Of a stretch of 64,000 bases of DNA, positions 1 through 13,570 are shown in pieces. Made by a program: the position numbers and the translations under genes. The stretch lies in NCBI GenBank assembly GCA_965112735.1, contig OZ218950.1:1240001-1304000 (forward strand), written 5' to 3'. A model generated the notes under the pieces. That model saw only the letters and a list, made by a program, of their open reading frames with translations, was not told the origin of the DNA and searched no databases. Numbering within the stretch: position 1 is the first letter of the stretch; each line of letters begins with the position of its first letter. Source of the stretch: Phaeosaccion multiseriatum (lineage: Eukaryota > Protista > Ochrophyta, other classes).

Positions 1-1
1 G

Positions 2-259
2 GGTCACACTGGGGCGGTGATGGAGCTTCTCTCAGGAGGGGCCTCCCTGGCAAAGGCTCTGACTCAGGCACGAGGGAGTCACGCTGTAACCTCAATCGAG
101 CGCCTTCTGGCCGCGGACAGACAGCACTTTGCGTCACAAAGCGCTTTGGACCTGATGCGAGGCACTGACCCTCTCTTTCGCAAGGAAGGGAGGCTGAAGG
201 TGTCCCAGAGAGAGCTTAGCCCTGAGGTGCTGCAGGAGGTGGCGGAGGAGATGGCATGA
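2..259 (+). CDS. 3' end of a gene entering from the left, possibly containing an ankyrin repeat
   Basis: Open frame GHTGAVMELLSGGASL... resembles ankyrin GH..vv..LL..GA; stop at 257-259. Confidence 0.3.
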   Translation, partial: GHTGAVMELLSGGASLAKALTQARGSHAVTSIERLLAADRQHFASQSALDLMRGTDPLFRKEGRLKVSQRELSPEVLQEVAEEMA

Positions 260-1277
260 ACAGAGGAGTGCCTCTCACCGGCGGTGTGGAGTCGGCTTGG
301 GAAAGGAGGACTGGTGCTGATCTGAGGGAGAGGACGAGGATGAGAAGGAAGGGGTGCGTGGGCGTAGGAGGTCAGCGTGAGGGGCTGGGGGGTAGGCTGT
401 TCGCTACCACTCTCCAGGACGCAGTGTCTTTGTAACAAACAGGACCTAAGTTACGAAAAGAAGGAGAGACGGGAAAGAGCGCAGATTGGGAACCGTGATC
501 GTGACTGACGTTTAACAAGGCAAAAAGTAGACAAAATATTCACAACGCTGGAACAAAACGAATCAATGCTTGGACTTGACTGTCCTTGATTGGCGCCTCC
601 CCGCCTCTCATCATCTCTCCCTCCATCTCTCTCTATCCACATCCCTCTTATCTCTCTTCTCTCTCTCTCTCTCTCTGCTGCTCCATAGAGAAGAACGCAA
701 CTTCCGGTGTGTCTCCCTCTCTCTCTCTCTCTCTCTCGCTCCATAAGAAGACAAGTTGACCATCGATCAGTGGAAGGCCGGCAAGTCTGTACGGCCTACT
801 TTGGATGAGACAGGCGCCTACCACTTCCCCACCTGAGGTGACCAAGAGAGTGAACAATCACAAAGCAAGGCCATCACCATGGCATGGAAGGGAAGAGAGG
901 CGGCGAAAGAGAGGGGGGAGGGGGGAAGGGAGGGGGAGGAGAGAGAGAGGTGTGGGGAGAGGTAGCGCGAAGGAAAATCGAGCAGAACGGCAACGGCATT
1001 GGTGGGTGAGGGATCCGCGGCAGGATCGATTCAGCTCAACGCGCACAAGCAATCGCATCATGCAAACAATATCAAAACACACACACACACACACATATCC
1101 ACACACATATCCACATGCCCATGGGGCAAGAAGACGGCAGGGGTACTCGGTAAAGAGCAACGCAACACCACAGAACAAACACATGGGCCCTCAGTACAAC
1201 GCATCTGGATCATGCTTGCTCGTAACGTCGTGCTTCCCTTCCGTTTCCCTTCCTTTCCCTCCTCTCCCCTTCCTTGC

Positions 1278-1827
1278 TTACATTTGCGAAAGCAGCAGGC
1301 CTTTACGGTCATCGATTCGGCCCCGTCCTTCTCCTGCCGCTGCCCCTGCTGCCCCCGTCCCTGCCTTTGCCCCTGCCCATACTCCTCCTGCTGCTGCCGC
1401 TCCTGCCCCTCCGCCTGCCCCTCCTCCTGCCTCTTCTCCTGCCCTTGCTCCTGCCCTCCGATCTGATGTTCTTCTTGAGGTTGACGATGATAATGATAAT
1501 GATGACGATGATGATGATGATGGTGGTGATGATGACAGCAGCGTGGGAAGGCTCTCCTCCAAGAAGTCCGTGGCTCGCATGTCTGAGTACTGTGCTCCCA
1601 TCACCTCCGCTGCTGCCTCCGCCTCCACCTCCGCCTGCCCTGCACAAGCAGTGGCAGCGGCAGCGGCAGCGACATTGGCGGCTTCTGTCTCTGCCTGTGT
1701 TGGTTCTTCGTCGTCATCCAAGTCGCTGCAATTTGTTGGAATCGTCTGAAGGAGGTCAGACAGATCCGTCCGGGCGACGCCGCGCTTCTCAAGAGGTGAG
1801 AAACACGCACACACACAGAGAGAGAAG

Positions 1828-1865
<38 letters not shown>

Positions 1866-2156
1866 AGAGAGAGACAAGAGGGGGAGAGAGAGAGATAGAC
1901 CGAGGACGAGAGGGAGGGAGAGGAGAGAGAGAGAGACAGAAAGATAGACAGGGAACAAGACAGAGGACAGAGGACAGAAAAAAGGAGGCGGAAGGGGGGG
2001 GGTGGGGGTGGTTCAGAGTGAAAGAGGCAAAGGGGGGCTTGGGGTGCAGGAGTCGAGGGGTGCGACACGAGGGGAAAGGAAAGGGCGAGATCGACACCAC
2101 CATACAAGAGACGTGGATGAGCATATGGGCATTGACTTGAGTGAGCCGGAGGGGAG

Positions 2157-2235
<79 letters not shown>

Positions 2236-4503
2236 TACAGGGGTCGTCTGCGTCTGTCTGTCTGCCTGTCTGTGTGTTTGTCGGTCTATATGTATGTATA
2301 GTTGCGTGTGTGTATGTCTGCTCTTCCTTGCGTACCTGCTTCTTCTGCTCCTCTTCTTCCTGCCGTTGCCCTGCTAGCAGCTTCGACTCCATGCCGTCAC
2401 GGTCCTGCATGAGAGAGAGAAGCGCGAAGAGAGAGAGAGACAGAGAGGGGGAGAGAGAGTGAGAGTGAGAGGCGGTGACAGAGAAGAGAGGCACGGGCAG
2501 AGAGAGAGGAAGAGAGTGGGAGGGAGACGGAGGGAGAGATGTGTGTGCCAGAGCGCCTGCCTGGACATGCCTCAGCAACACTACACACAATCACTACACT
2601 CAAGCACCTCCACACTCACGTATGCGTTGACAAGGCGGAAGGCTTCAAAGAACATGTTGATATCAATGCCCGTCTCCAAATCAAAGGGCTGAGAGGCGGC
2701 CTGCTGCTTGCCCTTCTTCTTGCCCCTCTTCCTGCCCGCCGACACGTTCATGAGCTCCAGAACGCGATGGAACTTGGTGAGCTTCTCGCTGGGGGGCAGC
2801 ATGGTGTTGATCTGAGTGCAGGCTACTCGTTCCGTGTGTATTGCGTTTGTGTTTTTTGTGTGTAGTGTTGGGGAGGAGCAGCAGCAGCAGCAGCAGCAGG
2901 AGGAGGAGGAGGAGGAGAAAGGGTGAGGGAGGTGAGGGAGGTGATCTCCTTCGCCCTGCTTTGCTCTGCTCTGCTCCTTGCGTATATGCCTCTACTCTAC
3001 CCATATGCCTGCGCTCTGCCCCTGTACCTTGTCGGAAGTCGTTGTGACTGATGAGCCCATCTCCGTCCATGTCGAAGAAAAGGAACAGGGCGTTCAGCCT
3101 GACGCATTCCATGTAGAGGCATATCGGCAGACGCAGGGGTGAGCGTACAGGTATATGGGCAGGCCGGTAGTAGACAGGCACGAGGAATGGTAGAGGCATA
3201 ATAGACAGACAAGCACGGAGTGAGTTAGAGCACGACCCAGACAAGACGGACAGGGGAGGGGAGGGGAGGAGAGGAGAGAGGAGGGGAAGAGGCGGGAGGG
3301 GGGCATTGAGACGAGGAGGAAGGTCCACTCTTGCCAAGCTAGGCAAGGGCAACCCGCAAAGATAACCATACACACACAAACATACGCAAACACACATACA
3401 CATATACACATGCACACCCCTCCTTATCTTGTCTTTGCTTGTCCATATACTTCTGCAAACACCCTAACCCCACACATGTGTACACAAACACAGACACACA
3501 CTGACACACAATGACACACGCACACACACACATATATATACACATCTGCATCACCAACATACACATTAACACACACACCTTTGCTTGTCGAGATAGAGTG
3601 CATCGAAGAAGGTGGCGGTGCCCTTTCCGTGCTCTGCGAGGGTCTTAAAGGTGCTTTGACAGTCATGCAGAAAGGCCTCGAAGTCAATCAACTCGTGGTT
3701 GGGGCCTTGGGAGGAGGGAGGAGGGGGAGGAGGGAGGGGGGAGGGAGAGGAGGAGGGGAGGGGGGAGGAGGGAGGGGAAACGAAAGAGGGAGAGGGGGGG
3801 TGAGGTTGAGGGTGAAGGTGAGGGCGAAAGCTTTCGTTGCAGATGGCAACTACTCAATCATTCAATCACTCAATGAATCTTATGAATCACCAGCACGCGC
3901 ACACACCACGAGTTCAGTCCATTCTTCGCACGCACCGCGAATGTGCTCCTCTCGAGCGACAAGAGGGAGGAGAAGGAGCCATTGAGCGCGGATACCGACC
4001 TTCGTCCACCACAGCACAGAAAAACAACGATGAGATACAAGAGGGAGGGGAGGGGAGGGGAGGAAAGGGGAGGGGAGGGGAGGGGAGGGAGCGAAAGGTG
4101 GTCAGGAAGTGGTGGAAAGTGGAAGCGACTTAAGGCAGGGGCTCGCCAATGGAGTCCTTGCCCTTTTCCTTGAAGTGGAGGCCACCCCCCTCACTCACTC
4201 ATTCAAATCAAGTCCTCACTCACTCACTCACTCATTCACTCACTCCTTCTTTTACTCATTCACTCAATCACTCAATAACTCACTCACTCACTCACCCACC
4301 CACTCACTCACTCACTCACTCACTCACCACTCACTCACTCACCACTTCATTCATGACTTCAGCCCACTTGATTTTGCTGCTACATCCCTTAAGGGGTGGT
4401 GTACCGCCCCCACCGCCCCCACCGCCCCCACTGCCCCCACCGCCGCCACCCTCGCTCTCGCTACTAACGACCGCGCTTCCCTTCACTAAGCCGCCGCCGC
4501 CGC

Positions 4504-4541
<38 letters not shown>

Positions 4542-6900
4542 CTGCTGCTTCTGTGCTGCTGTTCTTCGCTTCGCCGATGGCAGCGGATGTCTCTTGGTCT
4601 TGCGGCTGGACGGCAGTGGATGCCTCTTGCTCCTGCTGCTCGACGTCCATGAAGGCCTTGCGAAGGGCCATCTTCTTTCGCAGAATGAGACCGGCCAGAG
4701 TGAGTTCGTTCTTCGCCACCAAGTCTCCCTACCGTATGATACCATACATTGCCATCCACGGTAAGTAGACCATCCATTGCCATCCATTGCCATCCATTGC
4801 CACCCATTGCCATCCATGGGAGGGTGTGTGTACCGTCCATTGCCATCCATGGTCGGAAATCGCCACCAAGCGTGAGGAGGAACATCATAACACAAACAAA
4901 TGTACATACATGCACACATACGTGAGAAAACAAACGCCACAAGAGAAGAAGCAGTCCTACAGGAGAAATATATGTGTGTTCCCCTCTCCCCCTCCCCCCC
5001 CTTCCTTCCATCCCTCCATGCATCCGTCCATCCACTTAAGTGTTTGCTCCCCTCTCCCCACCCCCCTTCGTCCATCCATCCATCCGATATATTTGCTTGT
5101 CCACCTGTCTGCCTGCCTGGCACCAACACCAACACGCACACACGCACACAAACACACACGCACACACACACAAACACACACGCACACACACACACAAACA
5201 CACACACCACACACACAACGCACACAACACACACGCACGCACACACACGCACCCGCACGCCAAAAGTAGTCGTAAACTGCTGTACATCGTAATACATCAC
5301 TCTCGAGGCTTTGGGATTCACCGTCTAGGGAGGAAGGGAGGGAGAGGAGGGAGGGAGGGAGGGAGGGCGGGAGGGAGCGGAGGGAGGGACTGAGGGAGGG
5401 AGGGAGAGGAGGGAGGGAGAGAGGGAGGGAGGGAGGGAGGGAGGGAGGGAGGGAGGGAGGGAGGGAGGGAGGGAGGGAGGGAGGGAGGGAGGGAGGGAGG
5501 GAGGGAGTGGGTGAGTGGGGGAAGGTAAGAATGCAAGCGGGAGTGGGCACAAGAAGTAGGAGAGGGAAGGAGGGTATATGGAAAAGAACGAGGCATCCCG
5601 TCATCCACTGCCATCCCCCTCCCCACCCCCACCCAGGCAATCCTACCTACTCCCTACCTGACTCTCTGGGCCCTTGGTCCAGGTGAGAGAGACGGTGGCT
5701 GCCTCATTGCCACTCATGCAGTAGCTACTCGCGCTAAACACCGTGCACAGCAGCGCGCCAAAGTGCTTGAGAAAGCCCTGGGGCACGCATTCGTGACTTC
5801 GAAATACAATGTCGAGCTTGTTTGTCTTGAGAAAGTCGCGACAGTGCTCCTTGCCGAAGAGAACTCCGGCGCCTCTGCTGTTGGAGGTGAGCTCTGATCG
5901 GTCCCATGGGTCACTCCACAGGCATCCCTGGGGTGGGGTGGGGTGGGGAGGGGAGGGGGGGAGGAAGAGGGGGTGGGGGAGAGGGGGGGCGAGGGAGGGG
6001 TGGGAGAGAGAGAGGAGAGAATGAGAAAGAGAGAGAGAGGGAGAGACAAGAGGCAAAAGGTGAATAAAGGAGAGACAGAGATGGTTACACAGAGCGATGG
6101 AAGGGGGGGAGGGAGAGAGCGAGAGGAGGTAGAGAGGGCGAGAGAGAGAGAGGGAGAAAACACAGAGAGAGCGACAGGCATCAAGATAGAGAAGAGAGAG
6201 AGAACGAGAATGAGAGAGCGAGAGAGGAGGAGGGAAAAAAAAAAAAAAAGAGGAGGAGGAGAGAGAAACAGAGAGACAGACAGATAGACAATGAGACAAC
6301 GACACAGAGGGAAGCCGCTCACCCGCATGAGCTCTAGCGCTTCCTCCTTGCTCCTCCCCGGGGCGGTGGCAAGGGATGTCCTTCTGAGGGGCGAAGGCTT
6401 GGCGGGGGATGTTTGTTACGATATAAGGCATCCCAATATGCCTTCAGTATTATCCAAACGCCTATAAGGCATCCCAATATGCCTTCAGTATTATCCAAAC
6501 GCCCCACTGAAGGCATATTGGGATGCCTTATATCGTAACAAAAGAGGGGTTCGAGTCCTACCTGAGGAAAGAGGAAAAAATAATATGATGTTTCCCGAGG
6601 GGGGTTCCCAAGGAGATACCAGAGGGTCGTACCCTGTTGAAAAAAGCACGTGAAACCTGGTGGGATAAACAAAGGGACAGTATTTAGGGACGCACGTGTC
6701 GGTAGCGCCAACCCCCCGGTGCGAAGGTGTAGGGCTCAAGGAACCCACCTTTTGTTACGATATAAGGCATCCCAATATGCCTTCAGTATTATCCAAACGG
6801 GCGCCGGCGTTTGGATAATACTGAAGGCATATTGGGATGCCTTATATCGTAACAATGTTCGAGAGCTTGGCCAGGGTCACGCCCCTCTGAGGGAACATGC
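1278..6900 (-). pseudogene. PPEF/RdgC-like Ser/Thr phosphatase with EF-hands; lacks N-terminal catalytic motifs in the window and is interrupted by an insertion
   Basis: LWSDP, RGAGVLFG, RSHE, TVFSASSY (5660-5925); GVTLAKLSNI|PRQ split by the element at 6414-6854; EF-hand DMDGDGLISHNDF (~3030-3080); further exons near 5270-5325, 4490-4725, 3580-3700 and 2620-2815. The 3' end is uncertain. Confidence 0.7.
6414..6854. mobile_element. 441-bp non-autonomous element: palindromic unit, spacer, palindromic unit; TG..CA ends; 5-bp TSD ATGTT
   Basis: TGTTACGATATAAGG...CCTTATATCGTAACA hairpin units at both ends; ATGTT at 6409-6413 and 6855-6859; removing it restores the phosphatase frame. Confidence 0.85.
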
Positions 6901-7719
6901 GTGAGGAGCCACGCACGCACGGACGGACGGATGTATGGACGCCATGTTGGTACTCCGCCGCCGTGAAGCGAGCAGTCTCAAGTGCTCTGTGAACAGACCC
7001 TGCTGCGTGAGGTTTTGCAGTTGGCTGCTGCTGTATCACCCACTGCTACGGTTGGCGCTACTGCTCCTGCCGCTGGTGTAATACATATATCAGCTCCTGC
7101 TGCTGCTGCTGCTGCTGCTACTCCACGTGTTGGTGGGGGCGAGTGCGTAGCAGATGACAACAACATGAGCATCACCAATGGCGAGGACTGGGATTGGACT
7201 GTAGACACATAAGGCCGGGCTCTGTTGGCGCTGCTCGTGCCGTGCTGTCGACCAGTGCCAGTGGTGGCGAGGCGAGAAGGGGGGGCGCAGGAGGAGGGAG
7301 AGCCGGAGGAGGAGAAGCAGCAAAAGGAGCAGCAAAAGGAGAAGCAGAGAGAGGAGAGGGGGGCGGGCGTGGAGGAGGAGGAGGAGGAGGAAGAGGAGGG
7401 TGCCTACAGCGGCAGTGGTGACGTGGAAAGTCACTCTGTTTCACCAAACTGCTACAGCAATGCACTTTAGCGCCGCGATGATGGCCGTGAGGAATCCCCT
7501 TCGTCCTAGAGCTACTGAGGTAGGTGGGGCGAGGGGTGGTTCTTGATTGCCGATTAAATATGGAACTGATCGACATCGACACGTCCGAGAGCTGCTGAGA
7601 TGTGGTGAGTGGGTGTCAGTGGTGGCTGTGGTGACGCAGTCGTCATCACTTGCGTCTAGTCCAGTCTGCCATTCTTATCCCTCTCCCTCTCTCCCTCCCT
7701 CTCCCTCCCCTCCCTCCCC

Positions 7720-7964
7720 TCCCTCCCTACCCACTGTCCCTACCACCACCGCAGGGCCCTCTCCATGGTGCTCCAGAGCCCCTCCTCATGGCACCCCCCC
7801 CAACTGGCAGGAGCACCACGCCGTCTCACTTCTCACGGACCTCGCTACCCCCGAGATCGGCGCGGTTCACTCTCTTGTCGCACTCCTTACGTGGCTGGCA
7901 TTGTTGTCGACGCCCTCACCGTCGGTGATGCATAAGGGATCAGGACCAGGACAAGGAGATGTGC

Positions 7965-8017
<53 letters not shown>

Positions 8018-11000
8018 CCATCATCATCACCATCATCATCATGGAAACCTTCATCTACTCCTCTTGGTCCTAATAGTCCCACCCGTTCAAGTACTTGTGC
8101 TCCTCCTCCTCCTCCTCCTCCTCCTCCTCCTCCTCCTCCTCCTCCTCTCCTGCGGTCGTTGTGTATGGAGTTGCTGTCTTGCTTGGGCGCCTTGTTGCAA
8201 CGATGCGAACTGCTCTGGGAGAGGAGGTGTGGGGTTGGAGGTGGGAATGCCGGTCATAGAAGAGGAGGAGGACAAGGAGTAGGACGGGCATATGGGCAGG
8301 GAGGAGGAGAGGTATATGGGTCCGCTTCAGCCCAGGCCATTCGAGGGGTGCTCTCCGCGTGTTTGCCTCTCTTCCAGCAGGAGGGGTGTGTGCTACGCGT
8401 CGTCGGACAACGGAGACGATCCAGGGGGGGAAGGAGAAGACCCGAGGGGGCAAGACGACCACGGGGGGGCTACAGCAGCAGCAGTAGCAGCAGCGGTGGT
8501 GGTGGGAACGGGGGGGGTGGCGCAGCACCAGTTGGTGATACAGCCCCACCACGCGGTCAGCAAGGAGGGAGGGGCGCTAGGATGGAGGACGAGGGGGAGG
8601 TGGAGGAGGAGGAGGAGGAGGTGGAGGGGGAGGGGGAGGGGGAGGAGGAGGGCGAGGGGGAGGAGGAGCAAACGGGGATCCATCGCTTGCTGCTGCACGG
8701 CTTCTTGCATCTTAGCGAGCGTTTCTTCCTTCTGTGGGGACGAGTAGCAGGAGCCAAACGGCGGGCCACCCTCACTGGAGGGGGAGATATCCGAGCCGGG
8801 GTAGGAGAGGAGGAGGAGGAGGAGGAGGAGGAGGAGGAGGGAGCGGAGCGGCCCTCTCCCTCCTCTTCGCCCTTGTGCCCTGAGCTGCACGTCCCCCCTC
8901 ATTACCTTGCCTTCTTACGCCTCTGCCGGAGGGACCAACGGCGCCGAACAAAAGCACCGCAACAATCACAACGCGTGGCTGTTGGTGATGATGATGGACT
9001 TTCGTCTTCTTCTTCTTCTTCTTCTGAGGCCATCGACGACGCGGAGCTCTGTCGAGGTCATCTTCGCGTGCTACTGGGTAAGTCAATGACAGGGGCTTGT
9101 GTGGGTGCTTTTGCGTGTGCGCGTGCGTGCCATGTGTATAAGTCAAGGAAGGGTCTATCCACTCGTGCCGCCGTATATGTGTCCTTTACGCCTTCCCTCT
9201 TGCCAACTGTTGTATGACCAAGTTCTGCTGTATCACTAAATGTACCACCAACTGGCGTGTGACCACCTCCCGTCCACTGATGTATCACCAACTGCTGCAC
9301 AGCCCTATCCCAGCTGTCGAACCCTCTGGTGGGACAGCGTCTGTTCGACTTGCGTGTGTGCCACTTCCTGGGCCAAGAGATCGGAGAGGAGAGGCGCATC
9401 AGGGACACGTCGCTGGGTCAGCAGTTGGTGATACAGCAGCAGCAGCAGCCGTTGGTGGCACAGCAGCGGCATGATGCGAGGGACGATTGTAGGCGGAGCA
9501 AGGACAAGATCAAGAGAACAACGAGAAAGGCAAGGAGGAGGGGGCGCAGTAAATGCAAGTCCCGAGGGGGTGTGGTCATGTCGACAGGAGCACAGATGGC
9601 ACCAGAGGGTGCATATGATACACTCACAGGAGCAAGAGGCAGCGGTGGGGGAGTCGATTTATCGGCTGCTGGTGGCGGCGGCGACGGTGGTGGTGGTGGT
9701 GGTGATGGCAATGGTAGCCGTGCTGCATCTCCAACTGGTGCTGTTGGTGTCGTACCAGCGCCCATCGTGCCCTCCCTGCCCATTTCGACAGCGGCGAGGA
9801 GAGGGGAGCGCAGCGACGGTACAGCGGATAATGATAGAGCAGCAGCAGCAGCAGGAGTAGCAGTTGGTGATACAGCAGCAGCAGTAGCAGCCTCTGATCG
9901 AATGCAGCGGAGAGAGCTGAGAGCGCGGGGAGGGGTTTGGCTGAGGTTGCGGCTTGGGAGGGGAGGGCAAAGAGGACGACGATTGGCACTGACAGTAGTA
10001 TGTCAAGAGGTGACAAGAGCAGTAGTAGCGGCAACGGCGCCCAGGAGGAGAAAGGCGCCCTTGCGGCTCCTATCGCAAACACGAGTGCAGCAAGTACAGG
10101 TGTGGGTGATACAGCGGCAGCACCAGTCACAGGCCCGGCACCATATGCCTGTGCTAAGTATGAGGTGGGGCAGGAGGTAGACGCTGCCTTCTTGACCAGG
10201 ACCGGCAAAACGAGGTGGTTTCCGGGCACCATCCAAGCCATCCACTACCATCCCTCCTCCTCCTCCTCCTCCTCCTCCTCCTCCTCCTCCTCCTCCTCCT
10301 CCTCCTCCTCGTCTCCCCCTTCCTCCCCCTCCTCCCCCCCCCGCTCTTCCAAGCCCGTCGACTGCCATCTCTCCGCGGCCGATGGACAACCCACCTTCTC
10401 CGTGAAGGTGAGTGAGTCCTCCTTGAGCATCAGAAGTTGGTGATACAGCAGGAGCAAGGCGGAGAGAGGTTAAAGGCATGCGGGTGCAAGCCGCGCTGTT
10501 TCTGCCTCCGTTGCCTTTGTATCATGCGAAGAGCGTTAACCTCGCAGGTTTACTTCCCTCCCTCCCCATATCCGCTTTTCTGCCTCCGTCCTTGGACGTC
10601 TCAATCTCCCTCTCTCCCTCCCTTCTCTCGCCCCACCCCCATTCAGTTCGATGACGGTGACCAAGACCCCTCCATCACCCTCGCTCAAGTCCGCCCTCGC
10701 AAGCGTCGCTCCCGCATCGTCGGCTCTGCCATGACCTTGCCAGGAGGAGCAGTTGGTAATACAGCCCCTTCCACTGGCATCACCTTGCCGGGAGCACGAG
10801 GAGGAGGAGCAGCAGCACAAGGAGGAATAGGAGGAGCGGGTCCTACTCTTGCCCCTGCCCTTGCCCTGGCCCTTGCCCCTTCTCCGGTCATTTCCTTGCC
10901 GGAAGGAGGAGAAGGGGCAGGAGCAGAAGGAGAAGTTGGTGATACAGCCCCTTGCCCTTCCCCTGGCACTGGGCTGGTGCCACCCCCCCTCCTCTCCACT

Positions 11001-11680
11001 GCCCGAGGCACCGCTCGCCTCACCGCACGCTCGACCTCTCGCAGCACCGCCCGAAGCAGTCCCAGGAGCAGTGTGACGATGAGTATGAGCACAAGCATGA
11101 ATATGGGTATGTCAAGCGGCGGACTCACAGATGGCGGGTCGGAGGTGGGCAGAGACGCTGCTGCTGCTGCTCCTGCTGTGTCACGAACTGCTGGGGCGTC
11201 ACCAACTGCTGCTCCTGCTGTTGCTGATGTTGTTGCTGCTGTCCCGGGGGGGCTATCCGAGGTGGCCGTAGCAGCGTGCGAAGCGCCCCTCCACCTGCAC
11301 ACGCCCAGCTCGGCCGACTTGGGAGGGCAGGAGATGCCCAACTTGATGATGATGAGCACTTCGCGCAGCATCCAACACGCACAGGTCGGTAGCGGAGGCA
11401 GCGTCAGCGCCAAGACCTTGGTGGAGCACAGTCGGAAGGATGACGAGGAGGAGGAGGAGGAGGAGGAGGAGGAGGAGGACGGGGAGGAAGATGATGACCA
11501 ACACGTGAAGAAGCAGCAGCAGCAGCAACAGCAGCACGAGGAGCGGCAGCATGCCGTCGATGATGATGAGGGTGTTGATGAGGGTGACAGAGACGGCAAC
11601 AGCGATAACCGTCATGATGACAGTCGAGACAGCAGAGAGAGCGATGGCAGTGGATGCAGCGACGATGGAAGTAGATCCAG

Positions 11681-11736
<56 letters not shown>

Positions 11737-13361
11737 GTGGTGATGATGATGATGACAGTGACAGCGAGTGCTGCTTCGACATTGTGCCCGTGATCCAGTC
11801 CACACCAAGCGCTGACTCCTTTCGTGCCACGACCTCTCTACCAAGAATGAACCTTCAAAGCCCGCACTTCCAGCAGGGGGGACAGGGGATGGCAGTGAAT
11901 GGGCAGGGGCAGGAGTATGGGCGGGGGCAGGGGGGGGGGGTTCGACTTCTCCTCTTCCTCTCCGCGGCTGCTGCTTCAGTCCTCCTTGTCTTTCTCCGCT
12001 CCCTCGTTGGGGTTGTTGGGAGGGGGAGGAGGAGGAGAAGGAGGGCAAGCCGTGGGAGCAGCAGGAGCTGTAGCCGAAGCAAAAGGGACGCCTGGGGGGG
12101 GTGAAGGGGAGTCCAGCGGGGCCTTGGGTGCCTCAGTGCAGCTACTGTCGTCGGATAGCGATGCGCCGAGCAGCAGTGACAGGGGCAGCAGCGTCGGGGC
12201 CAACTGTCGCTTGTACGCATATTCCTCGCAGGGCTCGCTGCTGGATGAGTCACTCGAGCCCACTGCCGCTGCTGCTGTATCACCAACTGCTGCTGCTGCT
12301 GCTGCTGCTCCTGCCCATAGTGAAAGTGAGGAGGGCATCAAACCAGTCAAGGTAGCTGACAGTGGTGGTTGTGGTGGTGATGATGGTGATATCGGTGCAG
12401 GAGGTCGTCGTCGCCAGGAAAAGCCCCCTCCACCTTCGGTGCCTCCTTCCCCGAAGGATCTTCCACCAGCGGAAGTCACTTCCTATCGCCTTGCTCAGCG
12501 GCAGCAGAGGAGGCTGGAGCAGCAGCAACAGCAGCAGCAGCAGCAGCAGTGGGAGCAGAGGGCGGAGGAGGAGGAGGAGGAGGATCAGGAGGAGGAGGAG
12601 GAGGAGGAGGAGCAGGAGGAGGAGAAGGGGTATGCAGCAGTTGGGGATACAGTAGTGATGAAGCAGCACTACGCCGCCCATCGCCGCTCTGCCATTCCGC
12701 TCTATCGAGACACTGCACTGCATGAGACGGCGCTGCTGCTGCTGCTCGTGCTCGGCTCGGGGCAGGCAGATGGAGGTGCGTGTGTGGATGGGGTGGGAGT
12801 GATGGAAGGGATGGGAGGGATGGGGGGGATGGCAGTGGATGGCAGTGGATGACAGTGGATGAGAGTTGAAGGGGCGGGAGTGAGGGACGGCAGTGGACGA
12901 GGTTGGAGTGAGATATGGCAGTGGATGGGGGTAGGAATGATCTGCTCGACTGTGGCACAGCGGCAGGCCCTCTGACGACATTTGCTCACTGACATAGGGA
13001 CCTCCTCGTCAACACCCTCATCTCCGGGCCCCTCTCTCTCTCACGCGCGCGTGTGTGTGCGCGCACGTGTGATGGTGTTCTTCTTTGCGTGTGCGCTTGT
13101 GCGGTGTGTGCATGTGTAAGCAGGTTCCCATCTCGATCCCCGCTACTGCGCGAGTGAAGAGCAGCAGGGAGGAGGAGGAGGAGGAGGAGGAGGAGGAGGA
13201 GGAGGAGGAGGAGGCTTCAACATGCTGTATGGCCTGCAGGTAGGTGTCTGGAGCAGGATTATCAGCTGTCAGGATCAGGTCATCAGGGGGAGGGGAAGGG
13301 GAAGGGGAAGGGGAAGGTGCCTCTGATGCTCGTCACCCCTCTCTCACTTGCTTGGCTGTGC

Positions 13362-13416
<55 letters not shown>

Positions 13417-13473
13417 AGTCTGTCTGTCTGTCTGTCTGTCTGCCTGCCTGTCATCTGTCTGTCTGTCTGTCTT

Positions 13474-13528
<55 letters not shown>

Positions 13529-13535
13529 GCCTGTC

Positions 13536-13570
<35 letters not shown>

